Assembly: GCA_003614675.1 (NCBI GenBank)
Contig: ML002327.1
Location: forward strand, 1-41,487
Source of the DNA: Dimargaris cristalligena
Lineage: Eukaryota
Direction of reading: 5' to 3'
Length of the DNA: 41,487 nt
Positions 12,332 to 22,036 of this stretch are shown here, in pieces (the stretch's first letter is position 1; the number at the start of each line of letters is the position of its first letter). The position numbers were made by a program, and so were the translations under genes. The notes beneath the pieces were generated by a model. It was not told the origin of the DNA. It did no database searches and saw nothing but the letters and a program-made list of their open reading frames with translations.

Positions 12332-14969
12332 GGTGACCAACAAAAATAAAATTAATAACGGTAATTCCCGGTAGGGTGAATGGCTAGGTAAAAGGGTTAA
12401 TGGTTAAAGTACGAAGGCCCCGAAGGTAACTTAAGCGGTGGGCAAAGGGTAACGGACAGAACTGGAACGAAGAGTATGAGTAGATATCAAAATAAAATGA
12501 ATTGGAGGTTTGGGTTAGAGAGTACTTATGTAGAAGAGGAGGGCTAGTCGGGATCCTGGCGATACTTATGTGATTTCCAAATCTACCTTCAATACCCGTT
12601 AGTGTTATGATTGAGGTAGTGGGCCATCCACCCCTTGGTGCAGGTGGGTCGCACAAGGAACTTGGCAACCCACGGTTCTTTTTTAGTTTGGAGGCTCAGC
12701 CAGATCCACTCACTGGCAGAGATGTTCTAGGGTAGCAGCAACCTGTGAGACCCCCCTCCCCTTCCGGGGTGCTACATTGGATAGCGACCTTCCATTACCG
12801 GTTGATTAGCTCTACCAATACACTGCAACTATGCGACCCACCCCTTCTTTATATTTTTTTTCACCACTCCTATTCCTGCTCCCTTTTTCGTTTCAACTTG
12901 AAAATCAATAGCAAGACAAATGCTATGTCGGGCAAGTGCGAGACAAGGCGCTTTGGCAACCCTCGCCAGTCACCTAAACCCTTAAACTACAATTGGTATA
13001 ACGGGAGTCTGACGAGAGGCAGTCGGTGCATCGTTTAAAGTACTTCTTCTATCCATTGAAAAGCCCTTGGAGAACAAGTGTATAATAGATATTGCCTATA
13101 TGGCGTATAGTTTGAAATACATTAAGCGAGTTAAGGCGTAGCCTGATCACTGCGGGGAAATAAAAGTCGCGCTTATGTTCGCATATGTTGCTAAAGGAAC
13201 AATTAATGAAGCCATCCCGATGAGGGATATTAGGATAAAGGAGGAATCTATGAGAATGATAGTTGTATTTGATGATAGATACTTTACCCACATTGGGCCG
13301 CCAGGACTTTGGTGTCCATTTTTTATGTGCCAAAACACTCGCATTTCGTTAACCATAGGTCTGGCATATAGAGCCGTTCTCTCTGACGAGCTGGTATGAC
13401 AAAGTCTTGGCGCTCCTGCTGTTACACCATTTGAGTCCCTCACCAACTTATCTAGGAATCCCCATCTTTATTACCTCACTTAGTTATAACTAGTCAATTC
13501 CTGCTTAATATACGCATTCACCTTCACTGCCACTCCACTTTTGAAATAGTCCGACTTAATACCTAACCGGTGAACATCAACTTTTGTAAGAGAAGTGGGA
13601 TGAAAAAGTCAAAAGCTGGCCTTTTTCCTGGAGGAATCCGAAGACGTTTTAGTTTCAATTAGTAATATGCAGAGTTAGTATCGGCCGTCAATATTGATCT
13701 GTCTTCGTAGTTTATTGATCACCATTGTACATATGGTGTTAAAAATGGCCAAGTAACTGTAAAGATTGTATAACTGCCATGTTTGATACTACTAATAGGT
13801 CCTTTTTATGCGGTATTAATCAAGGAATGTCTGATCAGTCTTAGGACATGGGCGTGGGCGTGGTCAATCTCCCGTTAAATTGAGATACCATTAGAGACGA
13901 TTTATAGCTACACAATAAGGCTTTCATAGGAATAGTGGCGAGTTTCCTTCAGCCTCTTTACGTATGCAAGTAGTCCAATATACATTATTAAACCCTGTAA
14001 TGATTGGCGAATCCAAAATCCAAGCAGAGTCCTTGTCTTGGACTGCATATGATTCTATATTGGGGATTTATGTTGTAAAGTTCTGTATAATTAGTAGAAT
14101 GCGGATGCTCCTTTGCATTATACACGGCGCCATATTCGTAATTCCCCAAGATTCCATAAAGACCACGGAGAATGACAAGTCAATTAATTTCTAATTGAAC
14201 AATACTATAGTAGGTAATAATTAGGCTGCAGGGATGGAGGGCTGGTGAGAGAATACCTAGGGGGTGCTATATAATAACCTCTGTTTTTTCGGAGCCATAA
14301 TTTATTTGAAAGTAAGTTGTGGTGACCTATTCATTCATCCACGTAGTGCCCCTCTGGCATCCCTAGGCCAGAGCCCACGTGGACCCCTCTAATGGAGGCC
14401 TAAAGTTAAACGTGTTAAGTATAACCCACTAAAAGTGATGGTGATTAACCTTATGGTCTCGACCCTCTGTTTTTGCCTCTTTGCTCGACATGATAATGCC
14501 ACTTATAAGGTCACTGAACTTACTGGTCGAGATTCCAGTTTACCGCCCGTAGGGTTTTACCAATAACATAATTCTTGGCTAGTCCAATCTAGCAATTTTG
14601 GCCAAGCTGTGGGGGGTTTTGGGTGCTGGCTCTAGAGGCATTTAATACCTAGTGGTTTTTGGGAAGTGGACGCAGAGAGAGAAAGGGTGGAAACCTTTCG
14701 GCGTGATAATAATAGACAGAGGCAGCTGTACCAGTTAAGTTGCACATAAATATACTCAGTGAACCGGTTTGTCCTACACTCAATGCTTTAAGGTTGGACA
14801 AGATTGGATGGGACCATATAGTATTCCCAGTTGTGCTGCCATGGACAGCTAGGCCGAGGCCGCTTAAGTGTTAATGCTGGTTATTAATCCAAGAAATGGC
14901 CATACTATGGACAAGTTCGAGGTCCTCGGACGTTAACGAAGCTAATCCCATGGGAACAACCTGAAGCCA

Positions 14970-15860
14970 GAAGTGCTATTATGTTTCTCTATACGAGCTG
15001 ATTCTCATTTCCTTCAGCTTTCCAGTTTATCATTATATTCCGTTTTTCGTTAACTGCTGATGAAGTTATAGGCCGTCGAGGCCAGTGGTGATTTTGACCC
15101 ATGGTGATTGGCCACTTTATATTACTACTTTCACTATTTTGATAATCCTATTATGAGTGGTGACTTGGGACGACCGTACCTCTACAAGTCTTTCAACCTT
15201 CCAATTTTTTATTATTTTCCATTTATATATCCACGACTGTAATTTAGTTATTAGGTCAGTTTTTTCCCTATCTCGGTTTTTTTTTGACCTATAATTGCTA
15301 CAGTTATTATTAATAGCTATAGTTGTTTAGTCCGGTCTAATTAATATATATATTCTAGCAGCGTCCCCTCATTTTAAGGGATGCGTTAAATTTTGGAATA
15401 AATTATTTCTTTGAGGTAAAGTTTTTCTCAGAATAAATATATACTTTTACATTTCACCTGTATTAACCGATGACCCCGGCGATTTCCTTTTCACAGTTCT
15501 GTTTGATTTTATTATTACTATTCTTATTTCTTTTATTTTCCTTTATTTTTCTGTTCAATTTTGGTACCTGTAGTACCGAATTTATATATATATATATATT
15601 ACCTATCCGACGACGCGACGACACGCGGGACGATGACGTATGACCCAATGGAAGGAACACTCATCGGCGACTTCCCGAAAGCCACCTCGGTCTCTAGCCC
15701 CTCGAAACCGACAAAGCCTAGTACTCCGCACTACACCAATAAATATAGCGAACCATCCAACGACAGCAAACCGGAGATTCCTCCACCTGCTCATACACTA
15801 AAGGACAAGAAAACGGAGTTCCTTAAATCGCTGGCATTTCAACATTCATTATGATGCAGG
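14970..15860 (+). repeat. ~0.9-kb dispersed repeat, copy 1: non-coding leader plus short Pro-rich ORF (ATG 15633 or 15648 to 15854)
   Basis: Collinear with 33040-34058, e.g. AGCTGATTCTCATTTCCTTCAGCTTTC vs AGCTGATTCTCCTTTCCTTCAGCTTTC. The ORFs share GDFPK..S...PS.PTK...PHY..KYS.PS...KPE.PPP. Confidence 0.8.
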
Positions 15861-16152
15861 TTACTAAACACACCAAGTATATACACTATAACATAAATTG
15901 TCCCGGCCTTTTATATTACTCAATATTTTATTATACAGCTGTTAATAATTGTTGGCAATTGCAAGAAATTGTTGATATCGTGGAATGCTAAGATGGCTAC
16001 AGCACTAACCACGCAAGAAACCCTACATATGTGGTTGGATGGGAACCCAGTCACCGTCTCGAATGGTATTTCCGATTTTATAATCAACAGTATCCGTTCT
16101 GACTTGGCTCCAGGACACTCCAAAATCACGGTGTCGGATTAATCAGAGAAGT

Positions 16153-17088
16153 TCATTTCTTCCTGGATCCTGCTTGGCCGGCCCTACGTAAAAACTTGCC
16201 TATGCTTGAGATGATGGTCGACCAAGCACTTTTGTTTGAACTATTGGACCGGCGAACCTTTTGGGCCCCAGACGGCCGAGCTTTGCGGGGGGAAGCGCTC
16301 GGCACTTTCTCGGCTTCTGGTTTGGTGGTGGATCCTTTGGATAATTTTTCTGGGCGCTCCGTGGTAGAAGAAGAAGACGACTCTTGACGATTCTTTCCCG
16401 GGGTAGTTTGACCAGCGCGAGCAGTAGTAGGTGGATGAGTTTGAGGCTGAGTAACCTGGCTACGGTTGGCCTTCTGATTAGAGCCACCCTGGTTGGTTGG
16501 GCGGTTTTTATTCGGGATGGTGGAGGGACTACCCCGGGGTTGATCCGGCAGCGACCGAGATCCAGGAGGGCCATCTTCGTTGGAAGAGGGCATACGGCCT
16601 AGGACACCGGCCACTATATCGCCACCGTTGAATTGGCCACCATCCATAGCATCGGCGGACCCGAGATTAAAGGGATTGATGTTCAGGGTTGGGGTGAGGT
16701 TGAGACCCCCCAAGGATTCGATATTAAATAGCGGGGATCGATTGGGCAGGTCAGTTGTTTCGACGCTAACCTGACTATCCTTGGATGGTTCGGTCGCTGC
16801 GGCTGCGTCTTGAGAGTCGGCTGGAACTGCCTGGGGAGTTTGGTCGCCGACTGGTTCATTGGCGTTTACACTGAGAGTTGGGTCGCCTGGGATGGTTGGC
16901 TTAACTAGACTGAAGTCCGAATCCATTGGGCCAGTCCCGGGGGCTTCCTTCGAGCGGAAGGGGGGGTTACCGTCAGTAACGTCACCATCTGTCGCAGGAA
17001 GGAAGGCATCATTTCCGGATTGGTCCACAATTGGGCGGGCCCCAACGATAACCCCGGCCGAAACAATCGCCAACCAGGATAATTTCAT
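16153..17088 (-). CDS. Secreted, disordered Ser/Thr/Pro-rich protein, 311 aa (effector-like)
   Basis: Signal peptide MKLSWLAIVSAGVIVGA-RP; intact single-exon ORF; TATATAAAA on minus near 17350-17358. Confidence 0.8.
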   Translation of the reverse strand: MKLSWLAIVSAGVIVGARPIVDQSGNDAFLPATDGDVTDGNPPFRSKEAPGTGPMDSDFSLVKPTIPGDPTLSVNANEPVGDQTPQAVPADSQDAAAATEPSKDSQVSVETTDLPNRSPLFNIESLGGLNLTPTLNINPFNLGSADAMDGGQFNGGDIVAGVLGRMPSSNEDGPPGSRSLPDQPRGSPSTIPNKNRPTNQGGSNQKANRSQVTQPQTHPPTTARAGQTTPGKNRQESSSSSTTERPEKLSKGSTTKPEAEKVPSASPRKARPSGAQKVRRSNSSNKSAWSTIISSIGKFLRRAGQAGSRKK

Positions 17089-19132
17089 GTTCGTTGGTAA
17101 GGTCGGGTAGCGGAGTACAATAGTTGGTGGGTTTTGGGTAATTAAGCACCAAAATCCGGTTTAGAGAGTTGAGAATTGAGAATATATGGCTCGGAAGGAA
17201 TGCTAAAATTGGAATTCGCTTTAGTTTTCAATTCAGCTGGTGAATTAGGGCAATGGAATTGTTAGTAGGTGGAATAGAGTTAAGAGGCAGTAAAAGCAGA
17301 TTTATAGTTGAGATGTTTATGGTCTAGATAAGTGGAGCTCCGTCTGAGGTTTTATATAAACGCTTTACCGCATCTACAATTATACATTCCTGAGTATTAC
17401 ATCTAGACTTGCCGGTTGATAGAATTAGTTTGGCAAAAATCACCTAGTGATGGGGAAATGTGTGAGCAAACTAATGAATACAGCGCCGTTTAGTGCACAG
17501 GCCAGGCTATTGGCAACACCACTGTGTAGCTAAATTTGTGTAGTGGAGTGACATATTCCGCCCAGGAACCACCGCCGGGCATTTGATTAGGGGGCATACG
17601 CTTTTGATTTATTTTTATTTTTTTGAAACCAACTGTGGCTGACAAGAAAGGAGGAACTATTAGCTACCGTTCAATTTTCTACCCACCTACGTTACTAAAG
17701 GGTTGTACGGGGAAGTCCAGTCAGCTGCCCCAACTGCCGGGGGGTAAATGCCTAGTGATTCGCTAGATAGTTTGGCCATTTCACTTATTTCCCCAAAGAG
17801 AGAACTTCCAAAGGTGGAGTTGGGATTAATACAGAGGGCAGGGGAGAAGGTGAACAGCGGGTGTGACGGGTAGAGAGTTACGCAGAGGGCTAAGACCAAC
17901 GAAATGGTTCGTGGAAAAATGGATACGATGGAAAACGGCTAAAGGAAAAGAGGGGGTAAGTTTCCTTCGTTTTCCGGCCAGATGCCATTTTGGTACTGGT
18001 GCAACATTAAACCGAGAAATTTGGCTGTGCGTGACCACTGGACATATCCCCCTTCTCCCTTAACCCTAGTATTTTACACAGCCACCCACGGGACGTTGTA
18101 CACTTCCTCCCCCTTCTTTTCCCCATTCTAGCTACTTAGACACACCCTTTACCATTGAAAAAAAAAATGGAATTGTATAATCAGCTTATGGGGAGAGACT
18201 TGCGGACCACGTTTCACAGAGATGGCCTAGAGTGCGCGGGTTGGAGGGAGAGAGAGGTCCGGAGACAATTCCACCAGCGTAGTTGGCCAGGTGCACATGG
18301 GGCCAAGTGACCTTAAGGGAGGAGGGGGTATAATGGCACTTCAATAATTCCTTTGGAATATAAGCCGAGATATTTATCGTAGGAAAAACTAAAGCAGAGC
18401 ACAAGAACCACGGTTGGCGGTTTTTCGATCGGATAATCGAATGTTCGGTCTGTATACCTTGGTATGTGGCACATGCGACCATTACCTTAGTTTGAGCATG
18501 GGGTCCGTGCGGAATACCCCTTTATCATGTTCCAGCACAGTGGCCCATCTTTTTTAAAATAATAATAATAATAATAATAATAGCGCAATCGCTATTCTCA
18601 CACTGTGGATGTTGGGGGGGAGGGGGGGGTTCCATATACATTGTTTTTTATTCCACAGCTTAATTATTTTCTGCGAAGTTCAGAGTAAAAAGTACTTTTT
18701 AGTAAGCTAACTGGAATTATTGCCCTTCTCGATATTTATACAGAGAGGAAACTCTTTAGAATTGCCCTCATCATTATGGGGGGGGTCAATAATAAGCGTA
18801 CGCTTCCCTCAAGGGTAACAAGAACAACAGATGGCCCATGTGATAGTAGTATACAGCATAGCGCGCACAGTACTCAGCCATGAAACTAATTGCGATGCAT
18901 CGGCAGGGGCTGTGGCCGTTGCGCATGATAAAATCTTGAATGTAATATAACGGCAGTGTAGATTACTAACCAGCTGTTTATTATATTTTGGAGAGTAAGA
19001 GCCGCTTACAAAATTCACCCATATGCTTCGACAGCAGGTGTAATTCAGAGACAACCAGCTGCCATTGTCAACAGACCGTATATAACCAGGGTGGGTTTGT
19101 GGAGTACAAAGGGCGGGCGGAATACCAGCATA

Positions 19133-19416
19133 ATATGGATGAAATTCAAACCAGCTGCATAAGGGTTTACATAATACGTGTATGGGTGAATATATGGGTG
19201 AAGTTCAGCTCGGTTGTATAAGGTTGTAACTGTTATGCGTATGGGAAAATCGGTGGGATGTTTATTTTCAACCAGTAGTATTTGCCTCATCAAGTGGATT
19301 TTTCATTATACAGCCTGGTTGAACTACTCACATATGTGAGAATAGCTTTTAATCAGTAATATTGGCCTTATCCAATGGATTTTTCATTATGTAGCTTGAA
19401 TGAACTTCTCGTATAT
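19133..19416 (+). mobile_element. MITE (outer copy) interrupted by a nested copy
   Basis: Left part 19133-19195 plus right part 19336-19416 rejoin to exactly 144 bp once the 140-bp insert is removed. Confidence 0.85.
19192..19335 (+). mobile_element. MITE (nested inner copy)
   Basis: ATATGGGTGAAGTTCAGCTCGGTTGTATAA...TTATACAGCCTGGTTGAACTACTCACATAT, 144 bp with ATAT at both ends. Confidence 0.9.
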
Positions 19417-19557
19417 GCCAGTATTCAGTGCAGCTGTATAAGGTTGCAGATGATACATGTATGGGAAAATATATGGGAGGTTTATTTTTAACCAGAGGTT
19501 TTTTTGCCTTATCCAACGGATTTATCGCTATACAGTCTGGTTGAACCTATCCCATAT
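19413..19557 (+). mobile_element. MITE, tandem copy sharing an ATAT with the preceding element
   Basis: ATATGCCAGTATTCAGTGCAGCTGTATAAGG...CTATACAGTCTGGTTGAACCTATCCCATAT. Confidence 0.85.
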
Positions 19558-19591
19558 GGAGCCATTAGTAGCAGCAGTGCCAAGCTGTGGT

Positions 19592-19737
19592 AAGGGTGAA
19601 AATTCTTTGAGAACCTCATACAGTTGGTCCGAATATGTAGAGGATAAAATAGGTGGGATATTCATTCTTAACCGGTAGTATTTGCCCCATCTAACGGATT
19701 ATTCTATATATAGCTTGGTTGAACCTCTCTCCCATAT
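19592..19737 (+). mobile_element. MITE, degenerate copy
   Basis: The right half (TTAACCGGTAGTATTTGCCCCATCTAACGGATT...GGTTGAACCTCTCTCCCATAT) matches the family; the left half is decayed. Confidence 0.7.
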
Positions 19738-21063
19738 CACATAACCGAATGACTGTAACTAGCGATGGTGTGGCTGGTCTGTGGCGTCATCAACAACTTG
19801 GCCCGCCAATCGTGTGTACCATCCATGGTGTGGACGGATTATAGCCGAAGCAGACTGTCCATTTGGCAACATCAGGCATACATAGTTTACCCAGTCGGAG
19901 GTCTCTGGGATATATGCGACTAGTTTTCTTACCATCCCCCTTTGTCCAGAATAACAATGATGATCTTCTGAAGCCATCACGTCATATAGCAATATCCGAA
20001 ACAGGAGGGAATGAGGGCGGTGAAACCTGTACAGTACCCCATAGGCGAATAACTACTAGCGTATCTAACGGAATGGCTAACGTTAGTAATATTAAGTCCG
20101 AGCTATCGACAAACAAGCCATTAACTAATGGCCACCACTTCCTCCCGTTCCTATTGTTCCCGGTTAGATTATGCCAATGAATGAGATTCGGCTGATTAGA
20201 AGATGCCAATATTAATGCCCTTTTGCTATCATCCGAAGTCTTTGGTCAACTATACCTACGGCCTAATAGCGAGAGCGTAGCGAAAATATCCTTTCGTCAC
20301 TAGTTTCCCGAATAAATTACCAGCACTCCTCTCCCCCTATCAGTGAGTGAACCATCTCGCCCGTCGGCTACAAGCACAATAGAAATGGCTTGAAAACTAT
20401 ATTTAGAATAGTTTTATATTAGGAAACACAATTTTAGTTGGGAGCGGGTGGAGGGGGGGATGTCGGGTAGATGTTACCAATGACTCCCAATGCCCCTTAC
20501 TAACCATTTCGACTACTTTTGTTACGTTTGGTCGAGGTGGACTAGTGTTTAAGGTAGCCGAGTAGGGCGTAGGGTTTTTAAGATATATATAGTTATTTTA
20601 TTAGAACATAAAGAACCCACGTTACAGCGAGCTAATCCTTATTTTATACTCTGGGCACATTAGTATTGATGGTAAGTCTTGTAACTGTTCGCTCCCCGCT
20701 TGGCGGTGCACTCTCACTGAGAGAGTCAGGTGACCACTCTAGTTCAGGGGGACTGATTCCCTCAGATGGTTGCACTTTCACAGTCTCTCTCTCTACAGAG
20801 GGGCAGCATAGAAGTAGTGACCACACCACATCAAAAAGTATAAATATGTGGACTTTCTCTGGTTAATTTTATCCGGCAGTCTCAGATATATTCATCATTC
20901 CGGCACACTTTCATTTTCTGTTCCATTTCGCCTGATATCATTTAACGCACTCAACCCATTCTCCATTGTCTCGCCTTCCCTTCAAATACTCCTCACCCCC
21001 AGTTCTACTTTATATTATTACCTCTGGCCATACAAAATAGCCCACATTTAACACGCTGCCATT

Positions 21064-21294
21064 ATGATTACCGCCGCTTCCACCCGTGTTTTCGGAGGTC
21101 TTACCGTGGCCGTCACTGCGGCAACCGTTAGTGTAGTACTCCAGAAAAATCATAGCAACCGCCATCTCCCAGATTTGACCCCGCCGGCCAGTCAACAACG
21201 ACGTGATAATAATCGCAATATTCAAGACCCAGCAGCGCAAACTTACCACGGTGGCTTTGGGGTTCGCCTCGACCATTGCTGCAGGGATGTTTAA
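21064..21294 (+). CDS. Small hypothetical protein (76 aa) with an N-terminal hydrophobic/Ala-Thr-Val segment
   Basis: ATG start; GC-richer than its flanks; upstream TATAAAT (~20839) and pyrimidine-rich leader; AT-rich 3' flank. Confidence 0.45.
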   Translation: MITAASTRVFGGLTVAVTAATVSVVLQKNHSNRHLPDLTPPASQQRRDNNRNIQDPAAQTYHGGFGVRLDHCCRDV

Positions 21295-22036
21295 ATCTTG
21301 CTTAAATTATACTGCATTGACAACCCCCCCCCTCCACAACCCTACTTCATATATAATCAATTCATTTTGGTTAAAACCCCCCCGCTCGTATTGCATTTCA
21401 CCCTGAAGATGGTCAATAATTTACACCAGGCCCCCTTCATTAATCCATTATATGCACCTAACCTATACTATACAGTCATTTTAAATATTTTTACCCCTTT
21501 GGCCACTAAGGAATTAAGCCCATAGTAAACAAGCAAAGTCCCTCCTGGACAGACACAGTCTACCAGTGTATGATTTCTAGCATAAAAGTCCATATATGGA
21601 TGGTATAGTTGGAGCATGAGATCCAAACACCTGCGGGTGATAAGAATTCCAATTTATAGAAATACAGCGTAGGTTTGGAGAGGATAGTGGTACCTTAGAT
21701 GTTGAAAGTAGACCCCAAAATCCCTACTTATTGTATAGAATCATACGGCATGTGTAAATAAGAGAAGGGAAAAGAGAGAGAGAGCAAGAGAGAGAGAGAG
21801 GAGGGTTCACGTAAACATGGCAGGGAAAAGGTGGAAGGGGTGTGGGTGATACGGTCAAAATTTAGGGAGAGGGGATAATAAAATGAAATAAAAATGATGG
21901 TATTTAAAACGAAGAACAGAAGGAAGGAAGGAGGCAGATGGAAAGGGTAGAATTATAATGCGTGATTGCGCTGTGCTATTCGGGCGACGCAATACTATAT
22001 ATATATATATATTGTAAATCAAACGAAACCTGTGCT

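Noticed and set aside
13049-13446. AHKKWTPKSW resembling the Tc1 transposase H..WT...W motif
   Set aside because: No following SDE motif, no TIRs, and adjacent frames do not support a transposase.
15056-15090. CTGATGA as a possible hammerhead ribozyme core
   Set aside because: No stem II followed by GAAA, and the motif is altered in the second copy.
15354-15390. Minus-strand hairpin plus CTAG as a Helitron 3' end
   Set aside because: Hairpin-to-CTAG spacing is too short, and homology between copies continues on both sides, so it is not a terminus.
19133-19737. Tandem repeat cluster resembling a CRISPR array
   Set aside because: Units are whole TIR-bounded elements without unique spacers, there are no cas genes, and the context is eukaryotic.
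20644-20829. Protein-like minus-strand ORF (SPPELEWSPDSLSES...)
   Set aside because: No ATG start and no convincing upstream exon or acceptor; it overlaps the likely promoter of the 21064 ORF.
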